36,881 bases of DNA from Candidatus Undinarchaeota archaeon (GTDB lineage Archaea; Undinarchaeota; Undinarchaeia; Undinarchaeales; UBA543). The notes below the pieces were generated by a model. It was not told the DNA's origin, made no database searches, and was given only the letters and a program-made list of their open reading frames with translations. The position numbers were made by a program, and so were the translations under genes. The stretch spans positions 27,931-64,811 of the forward strand of contig CAZMMZ010000004.1 of assembly GCA_964567575.1 (NCBI GenBank), written 5' to 3'. The stretch's first letter is position 1; each line of letters begins with the position of its first letter. Shown here in pieces: positions 1-9,570 of this stretch.

Positions 1-141
1 AATGAAATTGAACCAAGCTTTATAGAAATAAATAGCAGTCCAGGAATTTTATCATTAACGAAATATAAAAAAGAACACACAAGATACAGGAAAAAAGTAG
101 TTTACAATATAATCAGAAAAGTAAAACAAATTCCTGATTAA
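1..141 (+). CDS. C-terminal fragment of a probable ATP-grasp (RimK-like) protein, truncated by the window edge
   Basis: Frame 1 is open from base 1 to TAA at 139-141: NEIEPSFIEINSSPGILSL...; FIEINSSPG matches the ATP-grasp E-x-N-x-x-P-G motif. Not in the ORF track. Confidence 0.5.
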   Translation, partial: NEIEPSFIEINSSPGILSLTKYKKEHTRYRKKVVYNIIRKVKQIPD

Positions 142-154
142 ATCACTAAAATTT

Positions 155-1042
155 TTATTCACTGCGATCTTGCATTCTAACTTCAAGATTTTTAATTTCT
201 TTTCCAGGCATACCTTCACCAAGGCCTTCAGAAATTTTTACAAGAACATCTGGTTTATCATAATTAACAGTTGCTTCAACAATTGCTTTAGCGAAACGCG
301 CAGGATCAGAACTTTTGAAAACTCCACTGCCAACAAAAATTCCATCACAACCCATTTGCATCATTAATGATGCATCTGCAGGAGTTGCAATACCACCAGC
401 TGCGAAATTAACCACAGGCAAGCGACCCATTTCTTTGGTCTGCTTTACAATATCAACAGGAACTCTGTATTCTTTTGCTTTTTCTGATAATTCAAAATCA
501 TTTAATGTTTTCAAAGCTTCAATTTCGTCATTAATTAAAGACATGTGCTTTACCGCTTCAACAACATTTCCAGTTCCAGGTTCGCCTTTGGTTCGAATCA
601 TTGCAGCGCCTTCATTAATTCTGCGAAGAGCTTCACCAAGATTGCGAGCACCACATACAAAAGGAATAGTAAATTTAGTTTTGTCAAGATGCTGATCAGA
701 AACTGGAGTTAGAACTTCAGACTCGTCAATCATATCAACGCCAATAGATTCCATAATTTGCGCTTCAGCAACATGACCAATTCGGCCTTTTGCCATTACA
801 GGAATTGTAGTAGCAGAAATAATTTCTTTAACTTTTTGAGGATCAGCCATACGAGCAACACCACCTTGAGCTCGAATATCAGCAGGAACACGTTCAAGGG
901 CCATTACTGCAACAGCTCCTGCAAGTTCTGCAATGCGAGCCTGCTCTGCATTAGTAACATCCATAATAACTCCGCCTTTTTGCATTTTTGCAAAACCGCG
1001 TTTTAATCTATCACTACCTACTGTAATTTGTGGTGTATCCAT
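155..1042 (-). CDS. pdxS: Pyridoxal 5'-phosphate synthase lyase subunit PdxS
   Basis: [48 protein letters not shown] motifs. Start placed at MDTPQ (ATG 1042) behind SD-like GAGGGG; the ORF track start 1069 is an alternative. Confidence 0.96.
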   Translation of the reverse strand: MDTPQITVGSDRLKRGFAKMQKGGVIMDVTNAEQARIAELAGAVAVMALERVPADIRAQGGVARMADPQKVKEIISATTIPVMAKGRIGHVAEAQIMESIGVDMIDESEVLTPVSDQHLDKTKFTIPFVCGARNLGEALRRINEGAAMIRTKGEPGTGNVVEAVKHMSLINDEIEALKTLNDFELSEKAKEYRVPVDIVKQTKEMGRLPVVNFAAGGIATPADASLMMQMGCDGIFVGSGVFKSSDPARFAKAIVEATVNYDKPDVLVKISEGLGEGMPGKEIKNLEVRMQDRSE

Positions 1043-1149
1043 TTTCCCCTCGACTTTTAACTCTTTCATTGAGTATAAAACATTTGCTAAAAGTAGTTCA
1101 CCGGCATCATGAGAGAAACCTTAAATAAGTAGAGAATCAGTTTATTATT

Positions 1150-1398
1150 ATGTTCTGGAAAGAATTGCTTCAGGGAAAATATAGGAAAGTAGAAGATGTA
1201 GATTTTAACAGAATTAATGAACTACTTCTAGATATAATGGAAGAATATGATAAACAAAAACTACTAGAAGGAAAATATAATTATGTGGAAGGAATGTTTG
1301 AAATAACTCATGGAGTAGCTAAACTACACCATGAAAAGAAAGAAACAAGTAAATCAGGAGGAGAAATATTTTTAGAATACTTATCGCAAACCAACTAA
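1150..1398 (+). CDS. Hypothetical protein (82 aa), possibly the 5' part of a frameshifted gene
   Basis: ORF with a TTAAATA TATA box about 24 nt upstream; no recognisable family. Confidence 0.5.
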   Translation: MFWKELLQGKYRKVEDVDFNRINELLLDIMEEYDKQKLLEGKYNYVEGMFEITHGVAKLHHEKKETSKSGGEIFLEYLSQTN

Positions 1399-1801
1399 AG
1401 AAGGACACTCACCAGTAAAAGATCAGAAAAAAGCAAGACTTCGTTTAAAAGTTAGATACACACTAAAAAGCACAATAGGAACTGGAAAAAGAGAAAATCC
1501 ATATTGGGAAAAAATTACTGGAACAGAAAAAAATCCACCAGTTATAGAAATGAAAAGAACAAGAAAATTTGCATCTGTATTATTAGTTAATAGTTTAATA
1601 CGCTCCTTAACTGAACGTTTAGAAAGATTACTAGATGAAAACAAACCACGAAAAGGTGTGGTGAAAAGAGCTTCAAATGAAAAACGTTCTGGCGAACCAA
1701 AACTAAAAGAAAAAATATATCTTGAGAAAAAGAGAAAAGCAGAAAAAAAATCCAAAATAGAAATAAAAGATAGTGTCCTAATTCGAACAAATGTTGGTTA
1801 A
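1376..1801 (+). pseudogene. Lys/Arg-rich open frame lacking its own start; likely +1 continuation of 1150..1398
   Basis: Frame is open from after TAG 1373-1375 to 1801 (YRKPTKEGHSPVKDQKKARLRL...MKRTRKF...) and overlaps the end of the 82-aa ORF; first ATG only at 1550. Confidence 0.35.
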
Positions 1802-1804
1802 TTT

Positions 1805-2263
1805 TTAATACGGATTTTCTTCATATCTTAAATCAAGATAATCACCATGCTGCGGCATATAACTATCAGGATCATCAAAGTTTATAATTCCATTAACATA
1901 AAAAATCCACAGAGTATTATTAAAAGTTTCAGCTGTGTTGTTTATTGTTTCAACTTTTGTTATTGTAAAACCATTATTTACAAAATCCAAAGTGATTGTT
2001 CCAACTTTATTAAACATATCATATGCAGATTCGCCTTCTTCAATATCAAAAACTTGACTGGACCGTGAATAATTTCCAAAGTCAATAGTTACGTAAGCTT
2101 TTTGGATTTGAGTTTCTTCAACTGGTTCTTCGCCAGTAAGAACACTAACTAAACCAGCACCACCCATACTTACTACAAAAATCATAACAAACATAATTAA
2201 GATGAACTTGTTCTTCTCAAGTCCCATAATTTTTTTTCTTTTTGATTGACCTTTCTTTGCCAT
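1805..2263 (-). CDS. Membrane-anchored DUF4430 / transcobalamin-C-terminal-like domain protein
   Basis: N-terminal TM (FILIMFVMIFVVSMGGAGLV), then WIFYVNG...DSYMPQHGDYLDLRY, typical of this domain. Confidence 0.65.
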   Translation of the reverse strand: MAKKGQSKRKKIMGLEKNKFILIMFVMIFVVSMGGAGLVSVLTGEEPVEETQIQKAYVTIDFGNYSRSSQVFDIEEGESAYDMFNKVGTITLDFVNNGFTITKVETINNTAETFNNTLWIFYVNGIINFDDPDSYMPQHGDYLDLRYEENPY

Positions 2264-2264
2264 T

Positions 2265-2807
2265 TTAAGGAGTCACCCGACCGATTTGGTAATATGTAAC
2301 ATCACCATCTGTGTCAACAACTGCGAGCCACATTTTCTTTCGAACAGAGTGACCGAGTCGGACAATGCGAGATAGTTCAGTCATACTCATTGAAAAGTTT
2401 TCCGGAACAGCATGAACAAGTATTCCGCTGTGATCTTCACCAATTTTTTCCCCACGCGCATAAATGCGGAAATGCGTACCGAATTTGAAACCGCTTTTAA
2501 CAAGATATCCTTTTGCACGCAAATCTGAATATGTAGAAACTTGTTGACAAATCAACTTATCTGTTTTCTCACCGCGTTTTAGAAGCTCTGCTACAGAAAG
2601 CCCTGTCTTTGCGGTTTTGGTTTTCTTAACAGCGAGTTTACCTTTTTCAACAAGGTGAATCGCCTCAACAAGAGAAAGTGTAAGTTTCCCTCCGCTTTTC
2701 ATTTCGCCGTAGAAGCTCTTCTGGTATAGGGAATTCGCCTCTTTCTCTTCCGAGACTAGTACGTTCCCCCCAACAAGAACACCATTGGCTGGTGATTTCT
2801 TAGCCAT
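2265..2807 (-). CDS. endA: tRNA-splicing endonuclease (single-unit, alpha4-type size)
   Basis: LSLVEAIHLV, DLRAKGYLVKSGFKFGTHFRIY, catalytic Y...H (FRIY-ARGEKIGED-H) and VRKK lysine; 180 aa. Confidence 0.93.
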   Translation of the reverse strand: MAKKSPANGVLVGGNVLVSEEKEANSLYQKSFYGEMKSGGKLTLSLVEAIHLVEKGKLAVKKTKTAKTGLSVAELLKRGEKTDKLICQQVSTYSDLRAKGYLVKSGFKFGTHFRIYARGEKIGEDHSGILVHAVPENFSMSMTELSRIVRLGHSVRKKMWLAVVDTDGDVTYYQIGRVTP

Positions 2808-2842
2808 AATAAGAATAATACAAAACTAGTTGTATATAAGTT

Positions 2843-3889
2843 TCACTTCTTACGTTTCATCAAAGCAGATATTTTTTTATAAAGAGAATCCACATCGAGA
2901 CCATATTTCTTATAGAGAGCTACTGGATTACCAGATTCTCCATATCCTTTCACATAGATTTTCTTTACAGGATAATTGTAGAAAGTTCCATTCACTTCAT
3001 CACGCAAAGCAGTACCTAGTCCTCCCTTAAACTGATGATCTTCAATTGTTACACCAAGTCCTGTTTCTTTGAGACATTTTCTTAAGTACTCCTTATGAAT
3101 TGGATTGATAGTATGAACATTAAGAACACGAGCACTTACATCATCTTTTTTCAATCGTTCTGCAACCTTTAAAGAATTATATACCATTTCACCATGAGCC
3201 ATTATAGTAATATCAGAGCCATCTAATAGCATATCTGGTTCACCATCTTCAGAATACTCATACTCTGAATAAATTACAGGAAGATCTGCTCGCGGAATAC
3301 GCATGTAGACAAGACCAACATTGGCATTCATCCACTCAACCATTTTTTCAGTTTGCATTGCATCAGCAGGAGCAAGTATTCTGAAATTTGTTTCTTTTTC
3401 CATTTCCCCGTTCGCATCATTGACAGTTACTTTATCAGGGATGGCTCTCATGAGAGCTAAATCTTCAAGTGCTTGATGAGTTGCACCATCTGGTCCAACA
3501 CCAAGTCCGCAATGCGTACCAATAATTTTCACATTCATATCTTGATACACGTTCTCATAAGCAAGATTTTGTCGTATTTGATCATAAACTCTTCCAGCTG
3601 CGAATGCCGCAAATGTGCTAATATGAGGGACAAATCCAGCAAGAGACATACCTGCAGCTACACCAACCATATTTTGTTCAGCAATTCCACCTTGGACAAA
3701 TCTTTTAGGTAATTTATCAAAAATTTTTGAAGTTCCAGTTGAAGAACCAACATCAGCATCAATTCCGATTATTCGGTTTTTTTCATCAACAAGATCCTTA
3801 AGCTTATTTCCAAAGGCAGCTCTCAGAGATTTTCTATCTGGTTTTTCTGTAAACAACTTATCAGATAATTTTTTTGTATAATCACTCAT
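2843..3889 (-). CDS. Transketolase, C-terminal (pyrimidine-binding + C) subunit
   Basis: DADVGSSTG, GIAEQNMVGVAAG, THCGLGVGPDGATHQALED, TIEDH motifs; overlaps the stop of the N-subunit. Confidence 0.93.
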   Translation of the reverse strand: MSDYTKKLSDKLFTEKPDRKSLRAAFGNKLKDLVDEKNRIIGIDADVGSSTGTSKIFDKLPKRFVQGGIAEQNMVGVAAGMSLAGFVPHISTFAAFAAGRVYDQIRQNLAYENVYQDMNVKIIGTHCGLGVGPDGATHQALEDLALMRAIPDKVTVNDANGEMEKETNFRILAPADAMQTEKMVEWMNANVGLVYMRIPRADLPVIYSEYEYSEDGEPDMLLDGSDITIMAHGEMVYNSLKVAERLKKDDVSARVLNVHTINPIHKEYLRKCLKETGLGVTIEDHQFKGGLGTALRDEVNGTFYNYPVKKIYVKGYGESGNPVALYKKYGLDVDSLYKKISALMKRKK

Positions 3890-4742
3890 TTTTTAATGCC
3901 TCCTCAGCAGCTTTGATTTCTTTCATAGCGTCCTTGAAATTAGCTGGTTTAATTGGGTTACCATGCCATCCATTTTTGTGTTGTTCCATAAATGAAATAC
4001 CCTTTCCCTTGATTGTATCCATAATAATTGCAACCGGACGATGTATTTTTTTAGCAGCTTTCACAGTATCACGAATTTCTTCAAGATCATGACCATCTAT
4101 TTTTAATGCAGTCCATCCAAAAGAATGAAATTTCTCATAGAGGTTATTTATTCGACCGAGAACCTCTTTATCGGAACCCATTATCTGCTTGTGATTATGA
4201 TCAACAAAAAGTATGAGATTATTGAGTTTTTTAGAAACAGCAAAGTTCGCAGCTTCCCAAATCTGACCCTCTTGACACTCACCATCACCGACCATTGAAA
4301 AAACAAAGGATTTCTTTTTTAAGAGCTTAAGACTTAAGGCAATACCACATGCCACAGATAAACCCTGACCAAGACTTCCAGTAGATGCATCAACACCAGG
4401 GACTTTTGAAACAGCATGACCTTGTAAAAGAGCTCCGACTTTCCTTAGTTTTGCAAGATGGGATTTTTTAAAGAAACCCCTCATTGCAAGTGCAGCATAA
4501 AGAGCAGGACATGCATGACCTTTTGATAAAATAAAATAATCACGATCTTCCCAATTTGGTTTTTCTTTTTTAGTCCGCATTAAATTATGTCGATACGGAA
4601 AATACAAAGAAGCTATAACATCAGTAGCAGAAAGAGAACCACCAGGATGACCGCTTTTTGCAGTATATACCATCCTTATTATACGTTTTCGAATTTCAAG
4701 GGCTTTCCTTTTTATTTTTAGAAGTTTCTCTTGCTTATCCAT
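3882..4742 (-). CDS. Transketolase, N-terminal (TPP-binding) subunit
   Basis: GHPGGSLS, DRDYFILSKGHACPALY, TGSLGQG, GDGECQEGQIWEA, TIKGKG, WHG. Start placed at MDKQEK (4742), about 27 nt after a TTAAATA box. Confidence 0.93.
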   Translation of the reverse strand: MDKQEKLLKIKRKALEIRKRIIRMVYTAKSGHPGGSLSATDVIASLYFPYRHNLMRTKKEKPNWEDRDYFILSKGHACPALYAALAMRGFFKKSHLAKLRKVGALLQGHAVSKVPGVDASTGSLGQGLSVACGIALSLKLLKKKSFVFSMVGDGECQEGQIWEAANFAVSKKLNNLILFVDHNHKQIMGSDKEVLGRINNLYEKFHSFGWTALKIDGHDLEEIRDTVKAAKKIHRPVAIIMDTIKGKGISFMEQHKNGWHGNPIKPANFKDAMKEIKAAEEALKNE

Positions 4743-4778
4743 TATAGAAATACTAGTAGCTAATCTACTATTTAACAC

Positions 4779-5540
4779 TTATCCGCCGAATAATCGGTGC
4801 TTTGCTCTTTCAAAAAAAGATTCTTTGTATGGAGCACCAACAAATTCTGCAGCAAGTTTTTTGTATGCGCGTGCTGCGGGGCTCTTTGGTCTTAAACTAA
4901 CAATTGGTTGGCGCATTGAAACACTTCTTGAAACATTACTGTCGAACGGAACTTTAACAAGAATTGGATAACCTTTTAGAATTCCACGAATTGTTTCATC
5001 TTTAAGTTCATAATTTGCACCAGTAGATTTAGTAACAATAATTCCTCGGACTGGAACTCCGAGTTTCTCAGAAATCTTAATTGCTTTGAGAGCATCAACA
5101 AGTGCTGGAAGCTCTGGGTTTGTAACAATAAGTGCTTCATCAGCAACTTTGATACTTTTCAAAACTTCACCCCAAAGACCTGCACCGCAATCAAGTAAAA
5201 CATGATCATATGTTCCGTCAAGTTGCTGGAAGGCCTCTCTGAAATTTCCAAGATAACGAGTACTACCATTTGAAAGTGTTAGACCCGCAGGAATAATATT
5301 AAGGCCAGTTGCATGAATTTGAACAGTGTCCAAAACTTTTGCTTCGCCTTTGAGAACATTATGAAGAGTTGTAGGAGTTGGTGGCAAACCAAGCTGAAGA
5401 GCTAAATTTGGTGTAACAAGATTTGTATCAACAGCCACGACTCGCTGATTTAAATTATGAAGAGAAAGTCCGAGATTTACAGTTGTGGTGGTTTTACCGA
5501 CCCCACCCTTTCCTGAGATTATGACTGTATATTTTGTAAT
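4779..5540 (-). CDS. minD: MinD/ParA-family ATPase (archaeal MinD); apparent ATT start
   Basis: The deviant Walker A SGKGGVGKTT lies upstream of the ORF-track start (5438), in frame. The frame is closed by TGA within SD AGGTGA; the only plausible start is ATT at 5540. Also VLLDCGAG, VTNPELPALVDA. Confidence 0.88.
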   Translation of the reverse strand: MTKYTVIISGKGGVGKTTTTVNLGLSLHNLNQRVVAVDTNLVTPNLALQLGLPPTPTTLHNVLKGEAKVLDTVQIHATGLNIIPAGLTLSNGSTRYLGNFREAFQQLDGTYDHVLLDCGAGLWGEVLKSIKVADEALIVTNPELPALVDALKAIKISEKLGVPVRGIIVTKSTGANYELKDETIRGILKGYPILVKVPFDSNVSRSVSMRQPIVSLRPKSPAARAYKKLAAEFVGAPYKESFFERAKHRLFGG

Positions 5541-5562
5541 TTTAAATCACCTACGAATAATT

Positions 5563-5598
5563 TTTGTCAGTGAACTGACAAACCTAAAGATTAGGTTT
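5563..5598. promoter_or_regulatory. Two abutting inverted repeats in the minD leader
   Basis: TTTGTCAG-TGAA-CTGACAAA (5563-5582) and AAACCTAA-AGA-TTAGGTTT (5580-5598) lie between the TATA box (TTTAAATA, minus strand 5618-5625) and the SD. Confidence 0.6.
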
Positions 5599-5645
5599 TG
5601 ATATACAAGCTAGCTGATATTTAAACCTTATCGTTGCAAATCAAT

Positions 5646-8369
5646 TTAAACAGATTCTATAACAGATTTGATGTAACCGTTTTTAACTTCTGTTTTTGTA
5701 ACAGGTTCTGGACGTGCAAGAGCTACATTAGGATTTGTGTCTGCTTCGCCAAGATGTTTCTGAACACTTTGACTTTTTTGTTCAATTGATTTTGCAAAAC
5801 CATGAAGCTTTTCTTTTGTTGCATTTGCTTCATTGTATGTTTTGTGAAAATCGTTTTTAATACTTTCAAGATTTGAAAGAACATGTTCAGCGTCTTTTGC
5901 GTGCCATCGAGGTTCTTCAACTTTTTCAGTTGGATGAACAACAGCAACATTTGCAGTTTCAAGTCGTGCCAAATTAAGGCGGTTTTCTGTACTCTTCATT
6001 TCTTCACTTCCATTAACTGGGTTGGTATTGTTAGCTTCTATAAAAGTGTTTTTGATTTTGCTTAAAAGTCCTGAAGATGCACCTGGAGGTTGAGTATCAC
6101 TACCACCGTTACCACCATAATTGATTCCAGTATCATCACCATCGCCTTCTAGAACGCCTTCATCTTGTTTTGAGTAATAATAATAACCAACAAGTGCTGC
6201 TAGCAAGACAAGTGAAACAATCATTGCTGCGATCCCACCAGTTGTAGTTAACAAGTAACCAGTAAGTCCAGCACCATCAACACTACCATCTACTGTTGTA
6301 GCAGAATATTCTTCACTAATTTCAAGTGTGATAGTTGTATACTCTTCTGTGTTTCCATTGCCGATATACAAATCAACATTGTGCAATCCTGCAGGAGCGT
6401 TGTTTAGTTTACCAGTAACAGTAACAGTCTTTGTTTCTTCAGGAAGAACTGTAATGCTTTCTGGAGTTAAATCAACCTCAATTCCTTTTGTGTACATTAG
6501 ATAAGTTTGTGATTCATATGATGGATTTTTAACTCGGATAGTCATCTCAAAAGTTCCATTTGGATTAATTTCAAAAGTGTTAGGAGTACTTGAAATTGAA
6601 GCTTTCTCAAGAGATCCTATTTCAAGATCGACTTTTGAACTTTTCTCATATTCACCGTCAATGCTTGCAGTGTAATAGATTTCATAAACACCTGCTTCGT
6701 CGTAGAAAGGACCATCTTCTGGATCCATTGTAAATTGTAAATCTTTTGTTTGACCTGAAGCAATGTAAACTGTTTTTGATTCCATGTAACTGTCATCAGC
6801 ATACAGTTTGATTGTAACATATCTTCCACCACCACTCTTTAGATCAACAAGTCCAACAGGTGCTGTTACAGTTACTGTTGAAACTGCGCCTTCATCAAAA
6901 CCAGATGGCGTAACCTTTGGTCTTGAAAGACTTAGATCATAATTATTTGCAGGAGCTCCGATAACAAGATCAGATTTCTCTGTGTCACTTGAATGACCTT
7001 CTGCAGTTACTCGAATTGCATAAGTGTCTACGCGAGCATCAATTGGTACATCAACATAAAGTGAAACATAAGTATATTTTCCTGCATCAAGTGAAACTGA
7101 ATGATGTTCCCAATCGAACCAGTGATCAATGTTCCAAGGTGCTCTGAATGTAAGATCAAAAGTATCTCTGTGAGTTCCTATATTTTGAACAAGAACATCA
7201 AACTCTCGATAACTTCCTGATCTAACATTAAGAGTTCTTGGCTCAATGTTTATATTAACATCATAATCAAGACCAGAATCAACATCATCAAAGCCATCGT
7301 CATGTCCATTGCCTTGACCAATATCTTCAATTTCTAAATAGACTTTTTCAAGTTCTTCAAGTCTGCCATTTAGATCTTCTAATTTAATTGTAATTGGATA
7401 ATTTCCAGCTGCAGCATCAGAAGGAACATTTACGAAAAGTGAAATGTCTTCTTGCTCGCCAGCTCTTAGATGAATATATTGAATTTCTGGAGATAACCAG
7501 TATTCAAATTCATCATGGGTACTAATATCAAGAACAAATGTTCCTTGTCTGTCTCCAACACTTGCAATTGAAACAATGTAATCGAATAATTGTCCTGGTG
7601 CAAGTTTTAGTTTGTATGGAGATACAACCATATTAACAAGGCCGTCTCCGCTTATTCCAGAAGATTCAACAGTTACTGTATCTTGAACCTGGATTGTTTC
7701 TCCACCTTCATAAACAGATGCGGAAACAGTTGTTTCTCCAGATCCTGCAAATTGAATTCCATTAGAATATGTAAAAGTGAATGCACCATTTGCAGCTGCA
7801 GGAACAGAACCAAGTACACCAACACCAGCAATACTGAAAGTAACTGTAGTTGGTAAACCAGCACCATTCTTTAATACAGTACCAGTGAAAGTTATTGGTT
7901 GAGCTGAATGGAAAAATTCATCAGCGTAAATAATATCAGTTGCATCAAAATCAGTGAATGAAACATTATCATCAACATCAAATTGGATTGTACCAGTGTT
8001 TGATGCATTGTTAACATCAGATTCAATTGTGATATTTGCATTTACATCATAAGTATCACTTACAGTTGGTGACCAAGCATAAGTTAAATCTTGAACCTCA
8101 GAAGCACCAAGTGAAATTGTGTCTGAACCACTTGAAATCACATTTGAATCGCGTGTAATTTCATAACGAACCACAGCATTAACAGCTGCATCAGCCCCTA
8201 TATTATCAACGCGCACAGTAAGTGTAGCAGCGTCATTAACATACATTGGACTTGGTTCAGAAGTTAGACTAACAACTCGAGCATCCACTGCCGCGTGGAC
8301 AGGAACTGCGATCATAGTTAGAAATACTATGATTGTTAACAATAGTTTCTTAAGGTTGACATTTGTCAT
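5646..8369 (-). CDS. Large membrane-anchored surface protein with tandem CARDB/NEW3-type Ig-like domains and a cytoplasmic tail
   Basis: Signal peptide (KKLLLTIIVFLTMIAVPVHA), repeated VxNxG.../GxYxIxVxA Ig-like units, TM GGIAAMIVSLVLLAALVGYYYY, ~170-aa tail. Start placed at MTNVNL (8369). Confidence 0.75.
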   Translation of the reverse strand: MTNVNLKKLLLTIIVFLTMIAVPVHAAVDARVVSLTSEPSPMYVNDAATLTVRVDNIGADAAVNAVVRYEITRDSNVISSGSDTISLGASEVQDLTYAWSPTVSDTYDVNANITIESDVNNASNTGTIQFDVDDNVSFTDFDATDIIYADEFFHSAQPITFTGTVLKNGAGLPTTVTFSIAGVGVLGSVPAAANGAFTFTYSNGIQFAGSGETTVSASVYEGGETIQVQDTVTVESSGISGDGLVNMVVSPYKLKLAPGQLFDYIVSIASVGDRQGTFVLDISTHDEFEYWLSPEIQYIHLRAGEQEDISLFVNVPSDAAAGNYPITIKLEDLNGRLEELEKVYLEIEDIGQGNGHDDGFDDVDSGLDYDVNINIEPRTLNVRSGSYREFDVLVQNIGTHRDTFDLTFRAPWNIDHWFDWEHHSVSLDAGKYTYVSLYVDVPIDARVDTYAIRVTAEGHSSDTEKSDLVIGAPANNYDLSLSRPKVTPSGFDEGAVSTVTVTAPVGLVDLKSGGGRYVTIKLYADDSYMESKTVYIASGQTKDLQFTMDPEDGPFYDEAGVYEIYYTASIDGEYEKSSKVDLEIGSLEKASISSTPNTFEINPNGTFEMTIRVKNPSYESQTYLMYTKGIEVDLTPESITVLPEETKTVTVTGKLNNAPAGLHNVDLYIGNGNTEEYTTITLEISEEYSATTVDGSVDGAGLTGYLLTTTGGIAAMIVSLVLLAALVGYYYYSKQDEGVLEGDGDDTGINYGGNGGSDTQPPGASSGLLSKIKNTFIEANNTNPVNGSEEMKSTENRLNLARLETANVAVVHPTEKVEEPRWHAKDAEHVLSNLESIKNDFHKTYNEANATKEKLHGFAKSIEQKSQSVQKHLGEADTNPNVALARPEPVTKTEVKNGYIKSVIESV

Positions 8370-8532
8370 TTTACTACACCTAAGTAGTGACATATGCACT
8401 ATTTAAGCTTTATTATTACTCACCAGTGACAAAAAGCATTTGTTGTTTCCGAGACATCACTACCAAAAAAATAGTGAGTATTATATTATTTATAGGTTGT
8501 TAAGAAGATTCTATATTAAACAGAAATACTGT

Positions 8533-8733
8533 TTAGAACAGCACACCCATTCTGTACAAAGCATATCCAAGCCAAGCAACTAGGAACACATACCCAAAAG
8601 CAAGTGTCCAGTGCAAAGGAATGCCTTTCCAGAAATGATGTGATTTTTTGCTATGATAGCTGGCAGATAATGTCAAGCCGAGATAAACAAGACAATCCAA
8701 AACAACCAGATACCAAATTATTTTTTCAATCAT
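8533..8733 (-). CDS. Small two-TM membrane protein
   Basis: 66-aa hydrophobic ORF directly downstream of 8748..8921. Confidence 0.55.
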   Translation of the reverse strand: MIEKIIWYLVVLDCLVYLGLTLSASYHSKKSHHFWKGIPLHWTLAFGYVFLVAWLGYALYRMGVLF

Positions 8734-8747
8734 ATTATCACCATGAA

Positions 8748-8921
8748 TTATTTGAGTTTCCCTTGCTTTCTAAGCAATTTAACAATCCCTGTTGCAGCGA
8801 AACCAACACCCATACCAATTAAAACACCAGCAGGGATCTGCATATAAATAAAACCAATTCCTAGTCCAAGAAATAGACCAGCAACAAAAAGATAGTCTTC
8901 AGGAGATTTATTTTTTTTCAT
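8748..8921 (-). CDS. Small two-TM membrane protein
   Basis: MKKNKSPEDYLFVAGLFLGLGIG...; ATG 8921 lies about 23 nt after TTATAAA (leaderless geometry). Confidence 0.55.
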   Translation of the reverse strand: MKKNKSPEDYLFVAGLFLGLGIGFIYMQIPAGVLIGMGVGFAATGIVKLLRKQGKLK

Positions 8922-9000
8922 AAATTGAACTAGATGAAATTGGTTTATAAGAGTTTTCTTCACAAGAAACAGTTATAAACCAACATTCACTATTTCTTAA

Positions 9001-9570
9001 GTGAGCACAATGACTGAATTAAACTTTAAAACAGCTTTCAAATACCCATTTAATAGGGCAAAGGGAATGCTTAACATTTTCTGGATATTCTTACCAATTA
9101 TTGGTTGGTTTGCATTAGGCGGATATGGTGTTAGAATTGTTCAAGAATTTAGTAAAGGCAAATTCAAGAAATTGCCTACTATGAAATTTAGCAGTGATTT
9201 AAAATTGGGTTTTATGATGTTCGTAAAAGCTATTCCTTTTGTAGTAGTCTATGGAATACTTACAAATATCCTTGGTGCCATAAATCCTTGGATAAGAGGA
9301 TTAGCTGACTTTTTCTTGGGATTATTTGTAGTTCCAATATTAAGCATCCATTTCATAAATAAACAAACAGTGGGTTCTTATTTTGAAGTAGAAATAATAA
9401 GATCTGTTTTTGATAATCTAGGAGATTATGTTACAGCGTTGGTGAAAACGATTTTGTTAGGACTGATATTTGTATTAATGAGTATAATCTTAATAGGAAT
9501 ACCTGCTAATGCTTTTACAAAAAATATCTTCTTAGCAGATTTCTATAAAAGAAAAGTAAAAAAGAAATGA
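9001..9570 (+). CDS. DUF4013-like membrane protein
   Basis: AFKYPF, PIIGWFALGGYGVRIV, LPxxxF..DLKLGFMMFV pattern; start is GTG 9001 or ATG 9010. Confidence 0.72.
   Translation: MSTMTELNFKTAFKYPFNRAKGMLNIFWIFLPIIGWFALGGYGVRIVQEFSKGKFKKLPTMKFSSDLKLGFMMFVKAIPFVVVYGILTNILGAINPWIRGLADFFLGLFVVPILSIHFINKQTVGSYFEVEIIRSVFDNLGDYVTALVKTILLGLIFVLMSIILIGIPANAFTKNIFLADFYKRKVKKK

Noticed and set aside
170-1006. Short plus-strand ORFs antisense to pdxS, and similar antisense ORFs within leuS, alaS, herA and the surface genes
   Set aside because: Shadow ORFs opposite well-supported genes, with no motifs or promoters of their own.
4765-4781. 15/17 match to 17099-17115 (TAAGTGTTAA.TAGT after two stop codons) as a mobile repeat
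   Set aside because: Better explained as stop codon + internal TATA box located 23-27 nt before the next leaderless gene.
8967-9000. Possible fifth, degenerate copy of the tRNA-Trp promoter upstream of the DUF4013 gene
   Set aside because: Only about 24/35 with a gap in AT-rich DNA; explainable as generic BRE-TATA similarity.
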